Shown piece after piece: positions 1 through 10,450 of a DNA stretch of 64,000 bases (position 1 is its first letter; every line of letters starts with the position of its first letter). The stretch covers positions 23,752 through 87,751 of the forward strand of contig NJBI01000007.1 in assembly GCA_005222975.1 (NCBI GenBank), written 5' to 3'. The notes under the pieces are model-generated. The model was not told where the DNA came from. It searched no databases and saw only the letters and a program-made list of their open reading frames with translations. This DNA is from Promethearchaeota archaeon Loki_b31 (lineage in GTDB: Archaea; Asgardarchaeota; Lokiarchaeia; Sigyniarchaeales; SOKP01). The position numbers and the translations under genes are program-made.

Positions 1-150
1 AATTTTTAATCCTTTGCTTTTGAAAGGTCTTCCTCCAAAGAATAGCAAAAGAGCTCCCACTACCAATCCAAATAAACCGATAAGTGAGCCTAAAGCTATT
101 AGGAACTCAAAACCAGCCACCCCACTTGAAAAATACGTGTCAACATCCAT
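1..150 (-). CDS. small membrane protein, runs off window edge (partial)
   Basis: Reverse strand from ATG at 150 reads MDVDTYFSSGVAGFEFLIALGSLIGLFGLVVGALLLFFGGRPFKSKGLKI with no stop before position 1; hydrophobic, Gly-rich. Confidence 0.7.
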   Translation of the reverse strand, partial: MDVDTYFSSGVAGFEFLIALGSLIGLFGLVVGALLLFFGGRPFKSKGLKI

Positions 151-348
151 TTTTTTTTACTAACTTTTAATTAATTATTTTTTCTAATAATATTATAAAT
201 TCGTTATTTATAAAAGGAAAAAGAAGACGATAAAATTAAAAATGAGTCGATCTGGTAATAGGTCTAAAACGACAAGCAAGAAGTATGTGAACCAATCGAA
301 CAGAATTCCAAACGCAAAGACAATGTATAAGAACCCCAGAATCCAAGA

Positions 349-501
349 ATCTTATTGGGGTTCATAATTGGGACGATTCTCCTAATTTGGGGCGGTAATC
401 GGTATCGATATAAGATGATTGGCGTTATTGTCGCGTCCTTCGTACTTTTGGCTGTGTGCGGGCTTAACACTGGGATTAAATACTTCAGGATTTTTAGATA
501 A
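349..501 (+). pseudogene. 5'-truncated paralog of the 1..150 membrane protein
   Basis: Reads ILLGFIIGTILLIWGGNRYRYKMIGVIVASFVLLAVCGLNTGIKYFRIFR*, aligning with LFGLVVGALLLFFGGRPFKSKGLKI of the neighbour; in-frame TAA at 328-330 and no SD-preceded start. Confidence 0.4.
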
Positions 502-795
502 AAAAAAAGAGTTTAGAAAATTGCTAATCTGATCATAACGAGAAGGCTGTTCAAAATATTTCTCCTAGATGTAATGAGAGTTTTGCTATATCAATAAATA
601 AAATTCACCCTATATAACATTAAATTCGTTCTTTTTTAAACCAAACATCATATTCTTTCTTAAAATTGAAACAACTCAATACTTTTTTAGCAAAATCCTC
701 AAAACCATAAAAAATATGGAAAAATTTATACCTTTATTTATATTATTCTATTTAAAATAACTTTAATTGAGTTAAAATATATACAAGTACAATTT

Positions 796-1167
796 GTGAA
801 TACTATGAAAGGGAAAATGAAATTTTATTTATTGTTAGGATTTTTCCAATTAGTGCTTATATTGATTGTGTTTTTTAGTATAGATGGAATTATCACTATG
901 GTTGCAGCACAAACAGAGAGTTATGATTACTTTAATTCTCCAACAGCGGCGATTTTAGCTATTTCAGCAGCAATATCATTTTCAGCAGCAGTAATAGGAA
1001 GTGCAATCGCTTTAAAAACAGTAGGTACAGCAGCAATATCCGCTCTATCCGAAAGAGAAGAAAGTTTTTTTAAAGCATTTTTAGTCGTTGCTTTTTGTGA
1101 GGCATTAGCAATATATGGTTTAATAATAGCGATCCTTTTCTTGACAAAAATTCCTAACCCAGCATAA
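796..1167 (+). CDS. atpK: A/V-type ATP synthase proteolipid subunit K (c), single hairpin plus N-terminal hydrophobic leader
   Basis: Hairpin with GTAAISALSE loop and FCEALAIYGL ion-binding Glu; first gene of ATPase cluster. Confidence 0.92.
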   Translation: MNTMKGKMKFYLLLGFFQLVLILIVFFSIDGIITMVAAQTESYDYFNSPTAAILAISAAISFSAAVIGSAIALKTVGTAAISALSEREESFFKAFLVVAFCEALAIYGLIIAILFLTKIPNPA

Positions 1168-1208
1168 TCTAGATTTTCATTTAAAATCGTTAAGAAGGTG
1201 TTTTTTTT

Positions 1209-2270
1209 ACGAGTGAAATTATTCCGTCCTACGCTTATACATATATTAAAATCGATTATTTAAAACCATTAATAATTGATGATGACACTTTACTAAAACT
1301 TAAAAGAATCTACGATATTGATGATTTCATGGAATCTATTAGACTTTATTATCCTAATTTAGATTTTAAAGAAAATACTATTGAAGATATTGAAGTTGCT
1401 CTTAAAAATAATTACATTAAGCTAATTGGTAAAATTTTACATTATTCACCCCAAAACATGAGAATATTCTTAAGAAATTATCTCATGAAATTTGAAATAC
1501 AAAATCTCAAACAAATAATCATCAGTTTAATTTTAGGAATTAATCAAGAAGAAAAAAGAAAACACATTAATTTTTTAGTTGAAGAATATTTAGATAACAC
1601 GGAATTCATTGAAGATTTGCTTAAATTTACTTCTTTAGATGAAATACAATTATTTCTTAAAAGAACTAAATACAATATAGCTATTAGAGAAGGTATTCTT
1701 TACTATAAGAAAAATAAAGAAATTTTTATTCTGGAAGCTTTTTTAGATCAATTATATTATAAGCAACTTATAATACAACTGGAAAATTTAAATAGAAAAG
1801 AGAAAACAATGATATCGTTGTTTGTGAAATACAAAACTGAAATTTATAATATAAATGTGATTTATAGGGGAATAAAAAATAAAATTGAACCAAAATTATT
1901 ATCTCAATTTCTTGTAAATAATTATTTATTCCTAGATGAAAGTAAATTAGAACATTTGTTAAATCTTGATAATATTGATGAATTTATATCAGTTATTAAA
2001 GAATATTTGAAGAATATTAAGGAAATAAAACCATTTTTTATCAAGCTAAAAATTAATCAAAAGCACTTAATTAGGTCAATTGAACAATTTTATATAACTT
2101 ATTATTTTAAGAAATTTAAGATTAAAATTGACGACATTGATTTTTTCACCATTTACAAAATTTTAGAAATACTTATAAAAAAAGAAAAAGAAATACGATT
2201 TGATATTTTACCAAAAGTAATTAAAATCCTTCACTATAAGTTTAAAGCATTAAAAACGCAGAAATTTTAA
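1209..2270 (+). CDS. atpC: A/V-type ATP synthase subunit C (AC39/d family)
   Basis: KFEIQNLK, LEAFLDQLYY, EIYNINVIYRG and EKEIR motifs plus operon position; frame stays open upstream of ATG 1329 to ACG 1209 and includes a subunit-C-like SYAY N-terminal motif. Confidence 0.85.
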   Translation, partial: TSEIIPSYAYTYIKIDYLKPLIIDDDTLLKLKRIYDIDDFMESIRLYYPNLDFKENTIEDIEVALKNNYIKLIGKILHYSPQNMRIFLRNYLMKFEIQNLKQIIISLILGINQEEKRKHINFLVEEYLDNTEFIEDLLKFTSLDEIQLFLKRTKYNIAIREGILYYKKNKEIFILEAFLDQLYYKQLIIQLENLNRKEKTMISLFVKYKTEIYNINVIYRGIKNKIEPKLLSQFLVNNYLFLDESKLEHLLNLDNIDEFISVIKEYLKNIKEIKPFFIKLKINQKHLIRSIEQFYITYYFKKFKIKIDDIDFFTIYKILEILIKKEKEIRFDILPKVIKILHYKFKALKTQKF

Positions 2271-2322
2271 AGTTAATTATGAAATAAAATATTTAATATT
2301 AAATAATACGGGAGTAGTAATA

Positions 2323-2634
2323 ATGCCAATTTTTAAATGGGTTGAAGAAATCGAAAATATTTATGAAAATTTGATTGAAAACGCCAAAAAAGAAAGTTTA
2401 GAAGACATTGAGAAACTAAACGCTTCACTTGAAAAGGATATAGAAAAAAAAAATCATAATAATCAGGAAATTATTAATTCTGCCTTAAAAACACTTTCAA
2501 AAGAAGTTAATGAAAAATCGTTAAAATTTGGAGAGTCAATATCGAAATTATGTAACAAAATAGAAAAAAATTATTATGAAAATAAGGAAGGACTAATGAA
2601 TTTAATATTTGAGAAATTAGGATTTGATTTTTAA
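2323..2634 (+). CDS. probable A/V-ATPase peripheral stalk subunit H/G
   Basis: 103 aa, E/K-rich helical, LIENAKKES, SD GGGAG upstream, inside ATPase operon. Confidence 0.65.
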   Translation: MPIFKWVEEIENIYENLIENAKKESLEDIEKLNASLEKDIEKKNHNNQEIINSALKTLSKEVNEKSLKFGESISKLCNKIEKNYYENKEGLMNLIFEKLGFDF

Positions 2635-2951
2635 TGCCAGATAAAAAAATACATGTATTAGGCTACGACGAAATAGTTTTATTGTTTGGTCTTTTAGGTA
2701 TTGAAGGAACGATAATTAAACATAATGAAGATTTTTTAAAAATTTTTAAAAATTTAATAAAAAAAACTTCTGTTGCTCTGATAATTATATACATGGATTT
2801 ATCAGACGAAAATCTCGAATTTATAACAGATTTTAAAATAAATAATAGAACGCCATTTGTATATTTATTACCAGATTTTTTTCAACAAGATATAAAGAAT
2901 CAAGATAAGATATTCAACAAAATTCACGAATTAATAGAAGAAATTATATAA
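2634..2951 (+). CDS. atpF: A/V-type ATP synthase subunit F
   Basis: KIHVLGYDEIVLLFGLLGIEG N-terminal motif and PFVYLLP; TAATG overlap with previous gene. Confidence 0.88.
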   Translation: MPDKKIHVLGYDEIVLLFGLLGIEGTIIKHNEDFLKIFKNLIKKTSVALIIIYMDLSDENLEFITDFKINNRTPFVYLLPDFFQQDIKNQDKIFNKIHELIEEII

Positions 2952-2985
2952 CAAGAGATGATCGGCCATTAGTGAAGGAAACGAC

Positions 2986-3690
2986 GTGAAAGAGAGATTT
3001 GGAAAACTAAGTTTGTATTTAATAAATCAAGCTGAAAATGAGATAAAGAAGATCAATCAACAATCCCTTTTTCAAATGGCAGAAGTTAGAAAAAAAGCTA
3101 GGGAAAGAACTTCAGAAAGCTCTTTAAAATTGAAAGCGCATTTTAACGAAACATACAATAAACTATTAAATAATTCTCTATCTTCTTATCTCTTGAAAAT
3201 TAAAGAAGAAGTATTGAAATCAAAAAACAAGTTAATGTTAGAACTTATTTCAGATTTAAAAGACTTAATAAAAGACAAAATAAAAAATAATTATTCGAGC
3301 TACATTATCCTTTTACTAAAAAATCTTGAAAATATCAAGCATTTTGTAGATAAACCACCGGAGATTATCATTCACTTAAATTCAATAGATTTTAAATATT
3401 TCAGCAATAATATGGAAAAGATTGAAAGTATATTAAGAAATAAAGTAAATTTAATCAAGTCAAAAGAAGAATTTACGGGAGGTTTTAAGTGTGTAATTAT
3501 GACCGGACATTTATCTTACGATTATACGATTAAAAATCAATTAAAGAAGAGCACATCGATTATAGAAATTGAGTTTTCAAAGATTTTTTCTGACTCCGAG
3601 CCTGATATTAAAGCTCTAGAAAATAATTATATACAATTTATCAAAAATCAAAAATTAGCTGTAAACGAATATTTAAAGAAATATGAATGA
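2986..3690 (+). CDS. atpE: A/V-type ATP synthase subunit E
   Basis: N-terminal coiled coil then FTGGF...YDYTI C-terminal domain motif; lies between F and A. Confidence 0.82.
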   Translation: MKERFGKLSLYLINQAENEIKKINQQSLFQMAEVRKKARERTSESSLKLKAHFNETYNKLLNNSLSSYLLKIKEEVLKSKNKLMLELISDLKDLIKDKIKNNYSSYIILLLKNLENIKHFVDKPPEIIIHLNSIDFKYFSNNMEKIESILRNKVNLIKSKEEFTGGFKCVIMTGHLSYDYTIKNQLKKSTSIIEIEFSKIFSDSEPDIKALENNYIQFIKNQKLAVNEYLKKYE

Positions 3691-5524
3691 AACTAACGAA
3701 AAAATTAAGTCCGGATATATCTCATCTATAAACGGTTCCTTAATAGAAATAAAAGGCTTAGAAAACTATGTACGGCTAAATGATTTAATTAAGGAGTCTA
3801 AACATAAAATTTTAGGTGAAGTAATCCAAATTTATTCAGATCATGTTACTGTTCAATGTTTTGAAAATACTTCTAATTTAAAATTAAATGAAGAGGTTAT
3901 TAGTTTACAAGAACCCTTATCAATGGAATTAGGTCCTGGTTTATTAGGAAATATCTTTGATGGTATTCAAAGACCATTGGAAGCAACCTTTTTGAGTTCT
4001 GAAGGCGGAGGGTTTTTAAAGAGAGGCGTTGATTTACCCGCTTTATCAAGAACGAAAGATTGGCATTTTAAACCAGTAAAAAAGATAAATGATTATGTAA
4101 GTACGGGGTATGTGGTTGGAACCGTTCAGGAAACAGAATTTATTGAACATAAAATTATGATTCCATTAGGAATTTCCGGAAAAATAACTTATATTGCAAA
4201 GGAAGGAGAATATACAGTCAGTGATGAAATTTACCGCTTAAAAAATGGTTCCAAAGAAAAATCGTTTAATATGATTCAAAAATGGCCAATCACCAAAAAT
4301 AGGCCTTATAAAGAGCGAGGCTTTCCTAATGAACCACTAATTACGGGTATGAGGGTAATCGATCTATTATTTCCAATAGTAAAGGGAGGGACAGTTGCCG
4401 TTCCGGGAGGTTTTGGAACGGGCAAAACGGTAATCCAACAATCCCTAGCAAAATGGTGTAACGCAGATATAATTATTTTTGTTGGATGCGGGGAGCGTGG
4501 GAATGAGATTGCAGATGTCTTAAAACAGTTTTCTGAAATAACAGATCCAAAAAGTGGACGCCCGTTATTAGAACGAATTGTTATCTTAGCTAATACATCT
4601 AATATGCCCGTATCTGCGCGAGAAGCAAGTATATTTTCTGGAGTTACAATTGGGGAATATTATAGAGATATGGGGTATGATGTTGCAGTTTTAGCAGACA
4701 GTACTTCAAGATGGGCAGAATCATTACGGGAAATATCAGGGTTATTAGAAGAAATGCCAGCCGAAGAAGGATATCCCGCTTATTTACCCTCTAAAATTTC
4801 TAGTTTTTATGAAAGAGCCGGTGTTGTTAAGATATTGGGAGAAAAAGATTCTGGAAAAGAGAAATTCGGGTCTATAACAATTATTGGTTCAGTATCACCG
4901 CCTTCAGGAGATTTCAGTGAGCCTGTTACTTCAACTACAAAGCGTTTTGTTCAAGCTTTTTGGGCATTAGATGCGAGTTTAGCATATTCTAAACATTATC
5001 CTGCGATTAATTGGTTAAATTCATATTCAAAATATCCTGAATTCATCTCAGATTGGTGGTTTGAAAGAGATATTTATTGGCCTGAGATAGATATAGATTG
5101 GTACGAGTGTAGAAAACAAATAAATAGCCTCCTATCTCAAGAAAACGAACTAAAAAATGTCACCCAATTAGTTGGTGAAGAAAACTTACCAGAAAATCAA
5201 CAATTTATCCTATTCATTTCAAAATTGATTAGAAATGGTTTATTAATTCAAAATGCCTTTGATTCTATAGATTGTTTTACAGATGTTAAAAAATTAATTG
5301 GACTAGTAAAACTCATTCTATTACTATTTAAAGAGGGCAAACAACTCTTAAAGCAAGGTTTTCTAATTGAAGATATCAAAGAACTCGATGTTGTAAATGA
5401 TATTCTTAGGATTTGCCGTTCTGTTCCTAATAATAACTTTGATCAAATAGAAAAATTAAGAAAGAAAATGCTAAACGAAATAGAGTCATTAAAATTAACA
5501 TATGGTGTTTTTAGGAAAAAATGA
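3683..5524 (+). CDS. atpA: A/V-type ATP synthase catalytic subunit A (copy 1)
   Basis: Walker [62 protein letters not shown]. Confidence 0.97.
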   Translation: MNETNEKIKSGYISSINGSLIEIKGLENYVRLNDLIKESKHKILGEVIQIYSDHVTVQCFENTSNLKLNEEVISLQEPLSMELGPGLLGNIFDGIQRPLEATFLSSEGGGFLKRGVDLPALSRTKDWHFKPVKKINDYVSTGYVVGTVQETEFIEHKIMIPLGISGKITYIAKEGEYTVSDEIYRLKNGSKEKSFNMIQKWPITKNRPYKERGFPNEPLITGMRVIDLLFPIVKGGTVAVPGGFGTGKTVIQQSLAKWCNADIIIFVGCGERGNEIADVLKQFSEITDPKSGRPLLERIVILANTSNMPVSAREASIFSGVTIGEYYRDMGYDVAVLADSTSRWAESLREISGLLEEMPAEEGYPAYLPSKISSFYERAGVVKILGEKDSGKEKFGSITIIGSVSPPSGDFSEPVTSTTKRFVQAFWALDASLAYSKHYPAINWLNSYSKYPEFISDWWFERDIYWPEIDIDWYECRKQINSLLSQENELKNVTQLVGEENLPENQQFILFISKLIRNGLLIQNAFDSIDCFTDVKKLIGLVKLILLLFKEGKQLLKQGFLIEDIKELDVVNDILRICRSVPNNNFDQIEKLRKKMLNEIESLKLTYGVFRKK

Positions 5525-6912
5525 GCGTAATTTATAGAAAAATAAAACAAATTGTTGGACCTTTAATAATTATAGATAATAGACACGATGTACAATATGG
5601 TGAAATCGTTAAAATCCATTCTGATGATGGAAAAGAACGCACAGGTCAAGTCGTAAAAATGGATGAAAAGATAATAACAATTGAAGTATTTGAAGATACA
5701 GCTGGAATTTCTTCAGAAAATTCTACAATTACTTTTACTGAAGATTCTTTTAAGATAAAAATTTCAAGTGATATGATTGGAAGGGTTTTTAACTCCTTAG
5801 GAAAACCTATTGATATTAATACGAAACAAGTGTTAGATTCAGACATTTTTACCGAAATCGAACGAGATATAAACGGTTTACCAATTAATCCTTTTGCAAG
5901 AGAATATCCAACGCAAGTCATCCAAACGGGAATATCGGTAATAGACGGTCTTTTTACCTTAATAAGAGGACAAAAACTCCCAATATTTAGTGGTCAAGGA
6001 TTACCCCATAATCTATTAGCTGCTCAAATTGTTACTCAAGCAAAAGTTTTGACAGAAGAACCATTCTTAATAATTTTTTGTGGAATTGGAATTATCCAAG
6101 ATGAAGCGATTTTTTTTATGAATCGTTTTAAAGAAAGTGGAAACATACAAAATATCATTTCTTTTATCAATTTTGCCGACGATCCAATAATGGAAAGACT
6201 AATAATTCCGCGAGTAGCATTAACTACTGCTGAATATTTTGCATTTGAAAAAGATATGCATGTTCTCGTTGTTTTAATAGACATGACAAATTATGCTGAA
6301 GCTTTAAGAGAACTAAGCGCCGCCAAAGAAGAAATTCCTAGCAGAAAGGGGTATCCGGGTTATTTATACACTGATTTCGCATCGCTCTATGAAAGAACTG
6401 GTAAAATTAAAGGTAAAAAAGGGACAATAACCCAATTACCGATTTTGACGATGCCTAACGACGATATTTCTCATCCAATTCCAGATACAACAGGGTACAT
6501 AACTGAAGGTCAGTTAGTTCTAAATCGTAACTTGGATAAAAAGGGAATATATCCCCCTTTTGAAGTTTTAGCGTCTATATCACGACTTATGAAAGATTCA
6601 ATAGGTAAAAATACTACTAGGGAAGACCATGCTGATGTTAACTCTCAGCTATTAGCATCGTATTCAGCTGCACTTGAAGTTAGAGATCTTATATCGATTG
6701 TAGGGGAAGATGGATTAAACTTAAATCAAAAAGCGTTACTAAGATTTGGTAACTTTTTCGAACAAAAATTTTTAAATCAAGGGTACACAGAGGAAAGGGA
6801 TTTTTCAACGACTCTTAATATTGCATGGCAAGCTTTATCTAATTTGCCCAAAAATCAATTATTTAGAATACAGGACGATTTTGTAGATAAGTACTACATT
6901 GAAGAGGTGTAA
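5521..6912 (+). CDS. atpB: A/V-type ATP synthase subunit B
   Basis: [52 protein letters not shown] arginine finger. Confidence 0.97.
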   Translation: MSVIYRKIKQIVGPLIIIDNRHDVQYGEIVKIHSDDGKERTGQVVKMDEKIITIEVFEDTAGISSENSTITFTEDSFKIKISSDMIGRVFNSLGKPIDINTKQVLDSDIFTEIERDINGLPINPFAREYPTQVIQTGISVIDGLFTLIRGQKLPIFSGQGLPHNLLAAQIVTQAKVLTEEPFLIIFCGIGIIQDEAIFFMNRFKESGNIQNIISFINFADDPIMERLIIPRVALTTAEYFAFEKDMHVLVVLIDMTNYAEALRELSAAKEEIPSRKGYPGYLYTDFASLYERTGKIKGKKGTITQLPILTMPNDDISHPIPDTTGYITEGQLVLNRNLDKKGIYPPFEVLASISRLMKDSIGKNTTREDHADVNSQLLASYSAALEVRDLISIVGEDGLNLNQKALLRFGNFFEQKFLNQGYTEERDFSTTLNIAWQALSNLPKNQLFRIQDDFVDKYYIEEV

Positions 6913-6918
6913 GTATCA

Positions 6919-7557
6919 ATTAGTTTTAGAGAGTTTAAGCCCACAAAAACAAATTTAATGAGTCTACAGAAAAGGTTAACTTTTGCTGTTAAAGGCGAAA
7001 ATTTTCTAAAATTTAAATTAGAACAAATAATATTTGAGATAAAAAAAAATTGGGGTAATTATTTAAAACAACGTGAAATCTTTTTAAAATTATATAAAGA
7101 CACTATGATTAAACTTAATCAAACTTATAAAGAAATGGGTAAACGAGAATTTAATTCGATTAGTAAATTAAGTAAAATCCAATATAATCCAAAGATTGCT
7201 GTAAACTTTATAAAAAGGATTGGAACATTAGTGCCAATAATAGATTATGAACTGATACGGGAAGAATTGCTTCCAGCTTACTCTTTTGAAAATACATCTC
7301 ATTATCTTGATGATTTGATTATTCTTTTAATAAAATTTTTTCAAAGCCTCATAATTGTTGCACAGTCTGAAGACCTATTGTTGAAACTCTCTCAAACTTT
7401 TAAAAAAATAAATCGTAGGATAAATGGTCTGAAGAATGTAATAATTCCTGAACTACAAATAGACATTAAAAAAATTAAAGCTGTATTAGAAGAAATTGAA
7501 AGAGAAAATTATGTTCGTTTGAAAAATACAAAAAATTTGATTATAAAAAATGCTTAA
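6919..7557 (+). CDS. atpD: A/V-type ATP synthase subunit D
   Basis: KINRRINGLKNVIIP and LEEIERENYVRLK motifs; the N-terminal KPT motif lies upstream of ATG 6958, implying a start at ATT 6919. Confidence 0.93.
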   Translation: MSFREFKPTKTNLMSLQKRLTFAVKGENFLKFKLEQIIFEIKKNWGNYLKQREIFLKLYKDTMIKLNQTYKEMGKREFNSISKLSKIQYNPKIAVNFIKRIGTLVPIIDYELIREELLPAYSFENTSHYLDDLIILLIKFFQSLIIVAQSEDLLLKLSQTFKKINRRINGLKNVIIPELQIDIKKIKAVLEEIERENYVRLKNTKNLIIKNA

Positions 7558-9861
7558 GTGAGAAAAAAAAAAATGACAAAGAAAAGCTCAATGGAGTTAT
7601 TTAAGGTAAATATTAATCATAATTACAAGGATCTTCTACTACAACACCTATCCCAACTTAATCTAGTTCACATTAAAACGAAACCTGAAATAAGCGACAT
7701 TATTAAAAAAGATAAAGTTTTATTTGATAGAATTAAGAAATTAAGCCAAAATTTAGAAACCTTATTCAAAAACCTTAATATTACTGAATCTGACTTCCAA
7801 AAATTAATATTTGAAAAAGAAGAGAGAAAAGCATTTGAAGCTAAAGATATAGACGATTTGTTAAATCAAATATTGAGTGAAATTAATTTTTATTCAAACC
7901 GTGTTAATGAGTTAAAAAAATATATGATCACTATCAAAGTGGAATTGGATAAAATAAATTTGATTCATGGAAGTTACATTTTTTTGGAAAAATATGAGTT
8001 AACGCGAGATAAATTATCGAAATTTAATCGTTTAGAATTTAAAGCCTTTACAACCTTCTCAAAGAACCTCGAAAATATAGAGAATCTTTTTGAATTTTCT
8101 CATTTTCCGAATTTTTTTCAGTATGATTTTTTAAGCGATGAAAGAATTGCCTTTTTCGTTATCTATCCAAAGGAACAAGAAGAGGCATTTAGAGAGAGAT
8201 TACGTTTCATTCATGCCGAGGAAATACCGATTCTTAAAAAATATTTGCTCTCAAATGGGATAAACTTTCCTCGTATAGCAGATGAAATTAAGTTTATTGT
8301 GACATCTTTAAATAAATATCAAAAGGAATTAGAACGATTAAGAGACGATAACATACTTCTATTTGCTGCTACGAATGAGATCACGCAAAATATAGAAGAA
8401 TATGATTGGGCTTCGCATCAATTCGAAGAATTATCTTTAAATCGATTAAGTTTGAGTTTTTACGTTCCACAAGAAAAAAAACAAGAAATACAAAAGGGGT
8501 TGATTGAAAAGTTCCAAGATCAAATAACGATTGAATCAATCGCTATTACAAAAAATAAATCTGTTAGCCTAAAAGAAGATAAAAACCATATACATTCAGG
8601 AAAATTACCAGATTCCAAAAGAAAAGATTCTTCATTAAAGGAAGAACCGACGAATAATAATAAGGAAATTAAAAAGGATTTAAGAAGTACAGCTCCTACA
8701 ATTATGAAGAATAATTTCTTTGTAAGGCCCTTTGAAACTATTACTAAAATGTACGGTGTTCCTGCTTATTCAGAAATTGATCCCACTCCCTTTTTGGCAA
8801 TAACATTTCCACTTTTGTTTGGATTGATGTTTGGGGATATAGGGCACGGAATAATATTAATTATCTCAGGTTTGATTGGAGTATTTGTCTTTAGGAACAA
8901 AAAAAGTACAGATTTTATAAATTTTTGCTGGATCATTTTGTATTGTGGAATCGGTTCTATACTAGTTGGGATTTTATATGGCGAATTTTTTGGGATGCAT
9001 AACATTGAATTATTTGGAATGGTTTTTTTACACTTAGAACCTGTTACCATTCCAATATTTAATATTACTTTACACAATCCATTAAATAATATAATGGTCG
9101 TTTTTAAGTTTGCTATATTAATTGGAGTAATACATATTAATTTGGGCTGGTTCATACAATTTTTGAATTATTGGAAACAGCATAGAAAATATTTAGGTTT
9201 TACTGACTCTTTAATTAAAATATGGTTATTAACTGGAGGAACTATTTTAATTTTTACTTTTGGTTTTGATATCTATAGATGGATGGAACCTCCTTACCCA
9301 ATTTTGTTGCCCTTGCTCCCAGGTATATTATTAATACTCTTAAAACCTTTTGGGAAACTTTTCCATGTTTCTTATTTGAAAGAAGAGACAATTGGAGGTC
9401 TTATAGGGGAAGGTACAATGGAGTCATTTGAAACATTATTGTCGATAATGAGCAATGTAGCATCTTATATAAGATTACTAGCGTTAGCTTTAGCACATAT
9501 CTCTTTAATGGTCGCAATTATATCAATGGGGAATTTATTTCAAGGTGATGGGATTATTAACGAGATAATTAATATAATAGTATTGATATTTGGTAATATG
9601 TTTGTTATTTTACTAGAAGGATTACTTGTTTTTATAAATACCATCAGGCTCCATTTTTATGAATTTTTCTTCAAATTCTATCAAGGAACTGGAGTTACAT
9701 ATATTCCTTTTTATTTAGACGATAAATATTCTATTATTTCCTTTAAATTATACGCCATAAAAGATGTTATTTCCGAAGAAATAGATAAAGAGATTGAATC
9801 GAAGAAAGCCCATGAGGATATAATTAAGGCAGAAAAATATATTTCTAAAAAATATTTATAA
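7558..9861 (+). CDS. atpI: A/V-type ATP synthase subunit I (a)
   Basis: MYGVPAYSEIDPT, FGLMFGDIGHG, SNVASYIRLLAL (essential Arg), RLHFYEFF; true start may be a few codons downstream (MTKK). Confidence 0.95.
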   Translation: MRKKKMTKKSSMELFKVNINHNYKDLLLQHLSQLNLVHIKTKPEISDIIKKDKVLFDRIKKLSQNLETLFKNLNITESDFQKLIFEKEERKAFEAKDIDDLLNQILSEINFYSNRVNELKKYMITIKVELDKINLIHGSYIFLEKYELTRDKLSKFNRLEFKAFTTFSKNLENIENLFEFSHFPNFFQYDFLSDERIAFFVIYPKEQEEAFRERLRFIHAEEIPILKKYLLSNGINFPRIADEIKFIVTSLNKYQKELERLRDDNILLFAATNEITQNIEEYDWASHQFEELSLNRLSLSFYVPQEKKQEIQKGLIEKFQDQITIESIAITKNKSVSLKEDKNHIHSGKLPDSKRKDSSLKEEPTNNNKEIKKDLRSTAPTIMKNNFFVRPFETITKMYGVPAYSEIDPTPFLAITFPLLFGLMFGDIGHGIILIISGLIGVFVFRNKKSTDFINFCWIILYCGIGSILVGILYGEFFGMHNIELFGMVFLHLEPVTIPIFNITLHNPLNNIMVVFKFAILIGVIHINLGWFIQFLNYWKQHRKYLGFTDSLIKIWLLTGGTILIFTFGFDIYRWMEPPYPILLPLLPGILLILLKPFGKLFHVSYLKEETIGGLIGEGTMESFETLLSIMSNVASYIRLLALALAHISLMVAIISMGNLFQGDGIINEIINIIVLIFGNMFVILLEGLLVFINTIRLHFYEFFFKFYQGTGVTYIPFYLDDKYSIISFKLYAIKDVISEEIDKEIESKKAHEDIIKAEKYISKKYL

Positions 9862-9880
9862 AGTAGATTTATTGTAAAAT

Positions 9881-10408
9881 ATGAAAACCGAAAATAAGAA
9901 AGAAAGCTCATCCAAGAAAAATAATTTTCTCAAAATATTACTACTAATTATTTATCTAATTGTTTTAATCTTTTTATATATTATATTGATGGAATTTGGA
10001 ATAAATCCACTTCTTATTATTTTAATACTAGGATTCGTGTTGTTGCTGTTTGTAGGATCCTTATTTAGGAAAAAAAAGCAAAAATCAATTTATTCGAAAA
10101 TGTTTCCTGATAAAAAAAAAAGAAGAAGTCAAGATTTTCATCGAAAATTAGAATTGAAGATAGAAAGGACACCTGAGAAACCAGCTCAAAAAGATTTTAA
10201 AGAAGTGAATCTAAACTTTAAGTATCGCAAATCCCTTATTAATAAATGCGAAAATTGCGGGATGATCATAACAAGCTACAGTAAAAATTGCCCTACATGT
10301 GGTCAAGCACTTGGAATGAAAGAAATTGTTAAGAAATGTAAAAATTGCGGAATGTTAATTACAAAGTCTGTGAAAGTATGTCCAATTTGTAGAAAGCGAA
10401 CAATATAA
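9881..10408 (+). CDS. membrane protein with two N-terminal TM helices and C-terminal double zinc ribbon
   Basis: Two hydrophobic segments, basic linker, CENC..CPTC and CKNC..CPIC. Confidence 0.8.
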   Translation: MKTENKKESSSKKNNFLKILLLIIYLIVLIFLYIILMEFGINPLLIILILGFVLLLFVGSLFRKKKQKSIYSKMFPDKKKRRSQDFHRKLELKIERTPEKPAQKDFKEVNLNFKYRKSLINKCENCGMIITSYSKNCPTCGQALGMKEIVKKCKNCGMLITKSVKVCPICRKRTI

Positions 10409-10450
10409 TAAAAAACAAAATGTTAACTTACATGGTAGGATTAGTAAAAA

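Noticed and set aside
264-470. 68-aa minus-strand ORF in the track
   Set aside because: No recognisable motif; it is antisense to a plus-strand frame that shows paralogy to the neighbouring gene.
5521-9861. atpB, atpD and atpI lie in one reading frame separated only by single TAA codons (readthrough polyprotein?)
   Set aside because: TAA is not a recoded codon in known archaeal systems, atpD has its own SD, and shared frame for three genes is expected by chance one time in nine.
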